From contig CAYXQY010000004.1 in assembly GCA_964466525.1 (NCBI GenBank), positions 1 to 53,794 on the forward strand: DNA of 53,794 nt, given 5' to 3'. Positions 18,263-26,520 of this stretch are shown one piece after another; the stretch's first letter is position 1; each line of letters begins with the position of its first letter. Position numbers and translations under genes: made by a program. The notes beneath the pieces are model-generated. The model did not search any database. It worked only from the letters and a program-made list of their open reading frames with translations, and was not told the origin of the DNA. Source of the stretch: an uncultured Planctomycetia bacterium. GTDB taxonomy: Bacteria; Planctomycetota; MHYJ01; CAYXQY01.

Positions 18263-18690
18263 TTACGAGCTCGTCCTGAAGAAAACCGGGGAGAGAATAC
18301 AGCCCTCGAAAACGATCTTATCGACCGTATTCCGGAGAATGTCCACAAAGCGAAAGGGGTAGGTCATGAGTAAACGAGCGTAATCTATTCGTACTGCTCG
18401 GTCGTCTTTCTCAGCAATTCTTGTTATGATGACAGTTGTCTCGAACGTGTACACCTGTTTTCCGAAAGCTGAAAGCCAACGATTCTATTTTGTAGCTGTT
18501 TCCTGAAAAGATACCCGTTTCATTGTAGAAGGGAACCGTGTCATAATTTTCTTTTACGCTTAAATAGATTGGTAACTTCTCACCGATTCACTTTCAAAGA
18601 AAGGTTGCAATTGATATTTTCCGGCGGGGGCACCGTCGGTCACGAGCTCTTCACGAATAGGTGAGTCGTTACGAAAATTGTATTCTTATC
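18263..18690 (-). pseudogene. Frame-hopping relic of an unidentified protein gene
   Basis: Three protein-like minus-strand segments lie in three frames and read through consecutively. They are EYNFRNDSPIREELVTDGAPAGKYQLQPFFESE, then IGEKLPIYLSVKENYDTVPFYNETGIFSGNSYKIESLAFSFRKTG, then VYTFETTVIITRIAEKDDRAVRIDYARLLMTYPFRFVDILRNTVDKIVFEG. The last segment is ORF 18263..18454. Confidence 0.3.
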
Positions 18691-19497
18691 CCGGAAATAC
18701 GGGAAGAGAGGTGATCAGTGTAGATAATTATCCAATCTATTTGAAGCTAAGGGGTGTGGTGGTAAGGAAGAGAGAAGAAATAATGCCGTTACATTCAAAA
18801 ATGCTCCAAAGGCGTTGTTTGTGGAACCCTGAGGCCCTCGAATAACTCGAAGGGCCATCGGGGACATGAACTGTATCACGTCTAAAGACGTGGGAGGATT
18901 GTACCAACCCATGAACGGTAAGTGGAGCGGATGAAGTTTTCCGGTGTGATAAGGGGGCGACCCTGAATATATTCCGGACGGAAACGCCCTTGAGGAAAGG
19001 ACACCTGAATCCATCTGCATGAGAGACTACGGCCAGCTGGATGTGTGTGTTTCTTATGACGGCGGTGCTGAAAAACGTGATAACGAAGAAGAACTCGAAG
19101 GACATACAGGCCGAAATCGTCCCGAAACTGACCAGCACTTGACAACACCTCATAACCATGTTTTGAACGATACGGTTTTGCGTCAGGAGTCACTGTCAGC
19201 GAATACGAACGGGTATCGAACCCCATCAACTATTACACCGGGATCTGGACACAGTCTACAAACGGCTGGAGCAAAAAATGACGGACGCGTTCCGCGGATT
19301 ACGATGTGCACCAGACAGCTATGCAGAATGGTATGAAAAACCGTCCTGACGCATTCATGGTTGCAACACGGCGCGTCCATTATACGATGAAGATACGGGG
19401 GCGGGCATGATCTGAATAATTCCAGTCGTCCGATCAGAGATTCGATATCACACTGGAAGAACGTCGGTACAGGTTCTTGACCGGAGCAAAAACAATT

Positions 19498-19513
19498 TGG
19501 CACAGGTATTACG
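19498..19513 (+). promoter_or_regulatory. Weak sigma-54-like -24/-12 element upstream of the aldehyde dehydrogenase
   Basis: TGGCAC-aggta-TTAC lies 64-79 nt upstream of ATG 19577. The -24 box is perfect, but the -12 box has AC instead of the conserved GC. Confidence 0.15.
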
Positions 19514-19576
19514 TCCGAACATTCGTAATTTGAGTTATCGAACTGATGTTTTGAAACAACAATACAGGGGACAACG

Positions 19577-20943
19577 ATGACCATTGATAACATCAATCCG
19601 GCAACGGGGGAACGGATCTCCACGTACGAAGAGCAATCAACGGAGGAAGTGGAACGTGCTCTGTCACAATCCGAAGAGGTTTTTTCCTCCTGGAAACAGC
19701 GATCCATTGAATCCCGGGAAAAACGAATCGAGGCGGCGGGAGAAGTACTCCGGAACAACAACCGAAAATACGCGGACATCATGACCCGGGAAATGGGCAA
19801 GCCGATCGAGCAGGCCGAACGTGAGATTGAAAAGTGCGCATGGGTCTGTCGTCACTACGCACAATTCGCGAACGCGTATCTCGAACCGGAGGCCCATCCA
19901 AGCCCGCCGGGCTCACAGGTTCGAACCGTTTACGAGCCTCTTGGGGCGGTGCTTGCGGTTATGCCGTGGAACTTTCCCTTCTGGCAGGTGTTTCGATTTG
20001 CCGCACCGTACCTGACGGCCGGAAATGTGGGCCTTCTGAAACATGCTTCCAATGTGCCGGAATGTGCGAAAGCCATTGAAGAGGTGTTTCGTCAGGCCGG
20101 TTATCCCGATGGTGTATTTCAGACGCTTCTTATTGGTTCCGAGCGGGTGGAACGTGTCCTTGCCGACGATCGTGTAAAGGCGGCGACGCTTACCGGAAGC
20201 GGGCCCGCCGGACGGGCCGTGGCGGCTCAGGCCGGCCAGCAATTGAAAAAGACCGTTCTCGAACTGGGCGGAAGCGACCCGTTTATCGTCCTGAACGACG
20301 CCGATCTCGAAGCGGCCGCCGAAACCGGGGATTGGCCCGGAACCTGAACAGCGGACAGTCCTGTATCGCCGCCAAACGATTCATCGTGCACGACGACGTG
20401 TACGACGAGTTTCTGGATCGGTTGAAACGAGAAGTCGAGACCCTGACGGTGGGAGATCCCACGGATCCGAACACCGACGTCGGACCGCAGGCCGAGTTCC
20501 GGCTCATGGAACAGCTACACGATCAGGTGCGGAAAAGTGTGGACGCCGGAGCCAGGGTGGTTACAGGCGGGCAACCGATGGACCGGGAAGGGGCCTTTTA
20601 CAGGCCGACTGTGCTTTCGGACATACCGTCCGGCTGCCCGGGCGATACGGAGGAGCTGTTCGGTCCCGTCGCTTCGGTCTTCCGCGTGGAGGACGAAGAA
20701 GAAGCCGTAGAAAAAGCCAATGACACGTCGTTTGGCCTGGGAGCCAGCATCTGGACCGAGGATCGAACGAGAGGAAAAAAAATAGCCCGGCGGATCGAGG
20801 CCGGGTGCACGTTTATCAACCAACTGGTCAAGTCCGATCCGCGGGTTCCGTTTGGCGGGATCAAAGAATCCGGGTACGGTCGGGAACTGTCCGAAGCGGG
20901 TATCAAGGAGTTCGTCAATCGAAAAACAATCTGGGTGGAGTAG
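19577..20943 (+). pseudogene. NAD(P)-dependent succinate-semialdehyde/aldehyde dehydrogenase (Sad/YneI-like), split by a 1-nt frame break near 20327..20334
   Basis: ORFs 19577..20347 and 20332..20943 together make one roughly 455-aa ALDH. Recognisable blocks are INPATGE, catalytic LELGGSDP and GQSCIAAKRF, and the C-terminal PFGGIKESGYGRE. The join falls at a short G run (accGGGGattgg). This may be a sequencing artefact. Confidence 0.85.
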
Positions 20944-21327
20944 CCTCATGCAGGTGTCCGATCCACTCGTTTGCTGCATCGAAGAGGAGGGGGTGAACGC
21001 ATTTACGGCCTGTCCAATTCTGATTTCGGTTCAGTTCTCGGGAAGTTTCGGCGTTCGAGGATACAACACCGGTTTTCCGGATGAACTCGAAGACGTTCAG
21101 AGACGAAGAGCCCGGCTTACCGATTACCCGGAGAATCAGAGCGCCGTGAAAAAAATCGTGTGCAGATAAAAGATGTGAAGAACCGTTATCCGCAAACCGG
21201 TGATTGCTGGAAAAATAATCGGTGCATAAGCAAAGATCATCGAAAACAAGAATCCGTGAAATACGGTTCGTAGGGGGTATGGTCGGTTAATCCAGATACC
21301 GCGATTACACAAAGACCACGCGGTCAT
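20912..21327 (-). pseudogene. C-terminal relic of a polytopic membrane protein
   Basis: ORF 21136..21327 reads TVFHGFLFSMIFAYAPIIFPAITGLRITVLHIFYLHTIFF. After a 1-nt shift at an A/T homopolymer it continues as HGALILRVIGK... No N-terminal half exists, because the upstream space is occupied by the dehydrogenase gene ending at 21305. Confidence 0.25.
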
Positions 21328-22624
21328 TTTTTCGCCCGATGTCCCCCATCAGGTTTCGGCTGTCGAAGATCAGCCTGGCGTGCGTAAGTAGCTCCTGGGG
21401 TTTGTAGGCGCTGTGGTCGGTGCAGATAATGACGGCGTCGTAGTTCGACATTGCTTCAGGGTATCCGTCGATGGACGTTTTTTCGCCGGGATAGTTTCGT
21501 GAACTCGTAATTTTCGGAACATGGGGATCATGGTAGTCCACGTGTGCACCGGCTGTTTCCAGAAGTTTGAACATTGCAAGCGCCGGGGATTCTCGGATGT
21601 CGTCCACATTCGCTTTGTATGCCGCTCCGAGGATGAGGACGTCCGACGACGAAAGGGATTCATTCCGGTTGGATAAGGTCCGTTCGATCCGCCGGACAAT
21701 GAGTGCAGGCATACCGGTATTAATGTCACCCGCCAGCTCAACCATCCGTGCTTCCTGTCCCTCCTGTCTGGCTTTCCAGGACAACAGATACGGATCAATT
21801 GGTAGACAGTGTCCCCCGAGACCGGGGCCCGGGTAGAACGCTTCAAAGCCGTATGGTTTGGTTCGGGCGGCTTCGATGACGTTCCAGACGTCCACGTTCA
21901 TGTCCTGAAACAGGACCTTTAGCTCATTGACCAGTGCAATATTGACCGAGCGGTAAATGTTTTCAAGAAGCTTGGTCGCTTCCGCCTCTCGTGGACTGTC
22001 CACGGAAACCACACCGACTGTGATCTCCTGGTAAAAATCCCGGGCAATGACCGTACTTGCATCGTTCAGTCCCCCCAGTACCCGAGGGGTATTGTCGGTT
22101 GTATATTCCTTGTTACCCGGATCGAGACGCTCGGGGGCATACGCCACGTAAAACTCCTGACCGGCATCCAGTCCGCTTTCCTCCAGGATGGGTACCAGTA
22201 GCTCTTCTGTCGTACCGGGATACGTTGTACTTTCCAACACGATCAACTGGTTTGACTGAAGGTGATCTCGGGTGGTTCGTGCGGCCTGTTCGATGAATTC
22301 GGTGTCCGGCGTGCGATCTTCGTTGAGGGGGGTGGGCACACAGATGACAATGATGTTCGCGTCGTCGAGTAAGGATGCATCCGTCGTTGGGTTAAACTGC
22401 CCTGTTTCAACGAATTCCTTTATTGACTGATCGGGCACGGATTCGATGTAGGAGTTTCCCGCCTGCAGCTGATCCACTTTCTGCTGGTCCGAATCCAGGC
22501 CGACAACGGGAAATCCCTTGTTCAGGATGGCCTGCACGAGCGGAAGCCCGACGTATCCCAGGCCCATTACACAAACGTTTGCCGTGTGGTGCTTTATTTT
22601 TGATTGCAGTTCCTCGGAGTTCAT
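21305..22624 (-). CDS. Nucleotide-sugar 6-dehydrogenase of the UDP-N-acetylhexosamine type (WecC/WbpA/TviB/CapL-like)
   Basis: The N-terminal Rossmann motif VCVMGLGYVGLPLV is the GLGYVGLP form typical of UDP-GlcNAc/ManNAc dehydrogenases. A catalytic Cys block (GGHCLPID) and the C-terminal UDP-binding domain are present. Confidence 0.85.
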   Translation of the reverse strand: MNSEELQSKIKHHTANVCVMGLGYVGLPLVQAILNKGFPVVGLDSDQQKVDQLQAGNSYIESVPDQSIKEFVETGQFNPTTDASLLDDANIIVICVPTPLNEDRTPDTEFIEQAARTTRDHLQSNQLIVLESTTYPGTTEELLVPILEESGLDAGQEFYVAYAPERLDPGNKEYTTDNTPRVLGGLNDASTVIARDFYQEITVGVVSVDSPREAEATKLLENIYRSVNIALVNELKVLFQDMNVDVWNVIEAARTKPYGFEAFYPGPGLGGHCLPIDPYLLSWKARQEGQEARMVELAGDINTGMPALIVRRIERTLSNRNESLSSSDVLILGAAYKANVDDIRESPALAMFKLLETAGAHVDYHDPHVPKITSSRNYPGEKTSIDGYPEAMSNYDAVIICTDHSAYKPQELLTHARLIFDSRNLMGDIGRKNDRVVFV

Positions 22625-22758
22625 GGGGAGTTGTTGAAATGTAAAGGATCAATGAATTGTACGTGGTGTACACCGGTGAGCTGCAGAGTACAAAGACGAG
22701 TTTTTTCAACCGTCATAAGCCATCACTTTAAATGCTCAAGGACAGTGACGAGTGACCG

Positions 22759-24078
22759 TCAAAAGGGTTCCATCTCCCGACGAACTTTTTCCGGTGCAAA
22801 CGGATCATTGAATGAAGCCCGGAAGAACAACTCCTGAATTACGGCCACGATCCGGACCACCTTCAGCGCAATTTTATACGCCGGGTACAATGGAACAATG
22901 AATAACGTCTTGAGATGAGTGCTTCGACGCCGGCTCAGTATCAGTCCAACGGACACCTGAGGAAGTTTCAACAGGACATGAAACACGTAATTGGCCAGGT
23001 AGATGACCAGGAACTGCCCGGGATAGGCCAGAAAGATGTCGATAAGATAAACAGCCCAGAAAAACGTAACGATCATCGTAAAAAACAGGGTATCGACAAA
23101 GGATAAAAGATTTTGCCAGCGGAAGTGGTGGGTCCACAATCGAAACGTGTCCGGATGTCGAAACAGTCGGGTCCGAATGACATTTCGATTCCACCGGAGT
23201 CGCTGTTTGATCAACGAAGTGACTGACGTGGGAGCATTGGTCAAACAGTTTGCCCGGGGATCGAAAACAATTCGTTTCCCCAGTTTACGAATGCGAATCG
23301 TCAGGTCCGAATCGTTGCCGGGCCCGGGCTCGTGTCCGCCGACGCGTTCAAGCAGTGTTCTGGGAAACGAGCCGAACGCCCCGGACACGATGGGTAAAAT
23401 ACCGATCAGGGAGCGGAAGCACCGTCCAACCGTAATCGAAATCAGGTATTCGATGGACTGAAGCATCGTCAGCGGATTTGAAAACCAGTTTCGTACCCCC
23501 AAATTTCCACAGACCGCCCCGACGTCCTCATGTTTAAAATGTCGAATCATGTTCAGCACGGCGTCCCGATCCAGCGTGGTGTCCGAATCCATAAAGATCA
23601 CGTACTCGGACGAGGACACTTCAAGGGCGTGATTCAGCGCCGCCGATTTCCCCTGGCGTTCGTCCTGCCGGTGGAACTCAATTATGCCTTTCCGGGACAG
23701 TTCCCTGCCAATCTCTGGCGTTCGATCATCCGAACCGTCGTCAACGACAATGACCTCCAGGTTCGGATACGTCTGTTCACGAATGGACTCTACGGTCGGT
23801 CGAAGGGTGTCTTCTTCGTTAAGAACAGGAAGAATAACGGCCACCGACGGAGGATTATCCAGTGATTCCAGCTGTCGGGATTCGTCATCAAACGAAAACC
23901 GCCCCCGCAAACTGTACAACAGAACCACGAAGTCGGTGAGCACGTACCGGGGGATTTCAAGAAAAATGATGGCCCAGTAGGTTCGGATGAATGTAGTGGT
24001 TTCCATGGAGATCATAAAGTCATACAAACTCCATAGAAAACGGATCAGTTCACGAAATGAAGAAACAAACCATTCCAT
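22759..24078 (-). CDS. Processive family-2 glycosyltransferase (membrane-embedded polysaccharide synthase, PgaC/HasA/NodC-like)
   Basis: 439 aa with transmembrane segments at both ends. Motifs are VVDDGSDD, GKSAALN, FMDSDT, VSGAFGSF, GNDSDLTIRI and QRLRW (codons at about 23191..23205). Confidence 0.88.
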   Translation of the reverse strand: MEWFVSSFRELIRFLWSLYDFMISMETTTFIRTYWAIIFLEIPRYVLTDFVVLLYSLRGRFSFDDESRQLESLDNPPSVAVILPVLNEEDTLRPTVESIREQTYPNLEVIVVDDGSDDRTPEIGRELSRKGIIEFHRQDERQGKSAALNHALEVSSSEYVIFMDSDTTLDRDAVLNMIRHFKHEDVGAVCGNLGVRNWFSNPLTMLQSIEYLISITVGRCFRSLIGILPIVSGAFGSFPRTLLERVGGHEPGPGNDSDLTIRIRKLGKRIVFDPRANCLTNAPTSVTSLIKQRLRWNRNVIRTRLFRHPDTFRLWTHHFRWQNLLSFVDTLFFTMIVTFFWAVYLIDIFLAYPGQFLVIYLANYVFHVLLKLPQVSVGLILSRRRSTHLKTLFIVPLYPAYKIALKVVRIVAVIQELFFRASFNDPFAPEKVRREMEPF

Positions 24079-24099
24079 CGTTATTCTATGTATGCATCG

Positions 24100-25230
24100 C
24101 TATGAACCATCTTCCCTCGACCTGTCGATGATGATGGTTGACTCATCCTGGTGTCTTGCCTCCTGAAGCCTTGCGATCGTTTCCTCCATCAGGTGGTCGG
24201 GATCTTCAGCATCACTCATCTCTGTCAAACCAACATGCAGTTTCCATTGATGTTCGAACGGACGTTCTCCGTCTTCCAGTCTCGACGTTAGTCTGCGGGC
24301 AAAAACGCCAGCTCCTTCCCGGTCTGTTTCCGAGAGGATCATAGCAAACTGACGGTCCTGATAGACAGCGAGGAAGTCAGCAGTCCGCGTTTCATCTTTG
24401 AAAATTTCTGCCAGGCGTTTCATATCGTTGATGTATTCACCCGCCTCCATAGCCGTTTCCATCTGGTCGAGGGATAATTCAACCGGCACCGGCTCGGCGA
24501 GAAGCAGTGTTCCGGGCCGGTCATACCGTTTCGCCCTGTGGAACTCAATGGATAACTGTTCCCTGAACATTTCAAATGAAAACACGTCGATATCTTCATC
24601 GAACAGCGCCGGGCCCGATTGTGCCAACTCCAGCGACTGTTGCTCGACCGAACGGGTGCCCTGGGACGATAGTTCATACAGGTGAATTTTTCGTTCTTCA
24701 ACGCTGGATATGTCGTGTTCCTCCCCGCACGATAGACAACGGCAGGACACCTCCGGGTCCTCGAATTTATTTCCACAGTTGTCGCAGTAATACAGCGTAT
24801 TTACTTTTTCATAGTCAATGCCAATGTGTTGCAGCTCAGTGTCACATTTTGTGCAGATTAATTTCGACCCCACCTTGTGCTTGATCTCCGGTCCGACGTT
24901 GCCGCAGGAGTAGTGATGAATCATGTCCGTCAGCGTGATTCGGACCGTCCGGCAGTCGGGACAAACTTCACGAAAATTAAGGGTGTAACGACCGCAGTCC
25001 GGACACAGGTGTATACGATCCACAAGTTCCCGGTTGAGAAACCCGTCACCCGCCAGCTCCTCAAGCATTGAGATTGAAGTTGCGGAATCCAGGTCAAACA
25101 GGGCGTCGACATCCGGATAACGATACCCGGTGTCTACAGAACCGGTAAGTTCCGGTTCAAGCACATCCAGGTTCCCATTGCTCAACTGTTTGAGCAGTTC
25201 CAGTTTGGTTTCGCCTTTGACGTCCGCCAT
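24100..25230 (-). CDS. Cys-rich multi-zinc-ribbon domain (TackOD1-like) fused to a degenerate GGDEF domain with an intact I-site. Putative c-di-GMP receptor.
   Basis: CxxC pairs sit at aa 76/79, 90/93, 126/129 and 149/152, plus C163/C165/C168. The C-terminal GGDEF fold reads RTADFLAVYQDRQFAMILSETD. This aligns with the RxxD-x5-GG(D/E)EF pattern, with RxxD kept (24376..24387) and GGDEF replaced by QDRQF (24346..24360). Confidence 0.75.
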   Translation of the reverse strand: MADVKGETKLELLKQLSNGNLDVLEPELTGSVDTGYRYPDVDALFDLDSATSISMLEELAGDGFLNRELVDRIHLCPDCGRYTLNFREVCPDCRTVRITLTDMIHHYSCGNVGPEIKHKVGSKLICTKCDTELQHIGIDYEKVNTLYYCDNCGNKFEDPEVSCRCLSCGEEHDISSVEERKIHLYELSSQGTRSVEQQSLELAQSGPALFDEDIDVFSFEMFREQLSIEFHRAKRYDRPGTLLLAEPVPVELSLDQMETAMEAGEYINDMKRLAEIFKDETRTADFLAVYQDRQFAMILSETDREGAGVFARRLTSRLEDGERPFEHQWKLHVGLTEMSDAEDPDHLMEETIARLQEARHQDESTIIIDRSREDGS

Positions 25231-25239
25231 CAGAATGGA

Positions 25240-26460
25240 TTAAAACCAGTTAAAGAATTCTGTTTCCAGGGAGATGCGTACATGAACGATCATTCCGGGC
25301 CGGAGCTGTTTTTCAGGGTGTTTGAGGTCAATTCGAACGGGAACCACCTCGTATTCCAGATTCAGAGGAGAGTTTTTCCATTGATCGAGAGATGTGAAGG
25401 AACGCTCGTCCGTCCGAGCCGAACGCCGTAAATTGACGGTTCCTGTCAGTGTGAGATTCCTGTTCCCCACGACCGTGATCCTGGCCGGTTCGCCGTGTTC
25501 AAGGGCCGGATATTTCTGGACGGGAACGTACGCCTGAATCCACTGCTCCTCCTGTAAGGTGATGGAAAGAAGGGGTTCATGTTCTGACACATGTTCCTGT
25601 TCTCCTCTCATGACCTGCTGAATCATTCCGTCACGGGGAGCCCTGATGTTTAATTGCTCCCGCATCCGGCGGATCTTTTCCAGTTCGTGTTTCTTTTGCT
25701 TCACGACCGCCTGTTGTTCATTAATTTTTTGTTTTTTCTTTTTTTTCTGGTGTGTGATCGATTTCTTTGTTTGTGAGACGGTCTGCTCTACATTTTCCAG
25801 TTCCGATTTTAAACTGGAAAAGGTGGATCGAGTCACTTTAAAACGGGAGGTGAGGTCGTCGTATTTCGACTGCACCTCAAGGAATTCCGGTCTCGACACC
25901 GCTTCAAGAAGATAGAGTTTTTCAAAGCGCTCAAGTTTGTCGTTTAACTCCTCCTGCTGCTCCCGAAGACGTTTCAATTCAAGCTTTTTTTCGTCCAGCC
26001 GTGACGTGACCTGGACAACTGATCGACGGGAGGAGGTGACTCTGTTATTCCGTTCAGGATCCAGTTCCATGTTTTTCAGTCCCTGGAGTTCCTGTTTCGA
26101 CTGTTCGTAAGCAGACTTTTTTTGTTGAAGTTCAGATTGTATTACCCCGTTCTGAAGGGTCAGCAACAGATCATTTTCCCTGACAGGTGTTCCTTCGGAA
26201 ACGTGAACCGTGGTTATCGTCCCTCCTGTGCTGGCTCGAACCTGAACAGCAGGGTGAATAATCCGCCCGGTGCTTATGACATACCGGGACTCCAGATAAC
26301 TGTAGGCCATGTAAGCCAGGCCAAACAACACGATGCAACCGACGAAAACCCAGAAATACCAGGTTGTTCGTAAGGGGTCTTTCGATTTCTTCGTGGACTC
26401 CGCACGTTGTGGTTCTTCCTGTTTTTCCTTTCTGGATTTGTTCCAGCTTGTGCCTTTCAT
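25240..26460 (-). CDS. HlyD-family membrane fusion (periplasmic adaptor) protein
   Basis: N-terminal TM anchor, a lipoyl/barrel-sandwich start (SEGTPVRENDLLLTLQN), a long coiled coil that includes a lysine run, and a beta-barrel end (AYVPVQKY...VPVRIDL...LRPGMIVHVRI). Confidence 0.85.
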   Translation of the reverse strand: MKGTSWNKSRKEKQEEPQRAESTKKSKDPLRTTWYFWVFVGCIVLFGLAYMAYSYLESRYVISTGRIIHPAVQVRASTGGTITTVHVSEGTPVRENDLLLTLQNGVIQSELQQKKSAYEQSKQELQGLKNMELDPERNNRVTSSRRSVVQVTSRLDEKKLELKRLREQQEELNDKLERFEKLYLLEAVSRPEFLEVQSKYDDLTSRFKVTRSTFSSLKSELENVEQTVSQTKKSITHQKKKKKQKINEQQAVVKQKKHELEKIRRMREQLNIRAPRDGMIQQVMRGEQEHVSEHEPLLSITLQEEQWIQAYVPVQKYPALEHGEPARITVVGNRNLTLTGTVNLRRSARTDERSFTSLDQWKNSPLNLEYEVVPVRIDLKHPEKQLRPGMIVHVRISLETEFFNWF

Positions 26461-26520
26461 TTCTGTTGTGAATAAGCGTTACACGTTACCGGGGAAAATG
26501 GAGGCTCTGTCATCGAACGT

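Noticed and set aside
18985-19002. TGAGGAAAGGACACC, resembling the RNase P RNA P4 strand (GAGGAAAGUCC)
   Set aside because: The match breaks at the critical GUCC. I could not find the complementary P4 strand (ACAGAA-CCGGCUUA-like) or other conserved RNase P regions nearby.
19203-19226. GGGTATCGAACCCC, a T-arm-like stem-loop suggesting a tRNA or tmRNA 3' end
   Set aside because: There is no acceptor stem, no anticodon arm, no CCA-proximal pairing and no GGGG...tag-ORF architecture around it. The loop deviates from the TTCRANY consensus.
25728-25750. Long T/A homopolymer runs inside the HlyD-type gene, a possible slippage site
   Set aside because: The ORF is intact through the runs. On the coding strand they encode a lysine-rich coiled-coil stretch (KKKKKQK), so nothing indicates a frame break.
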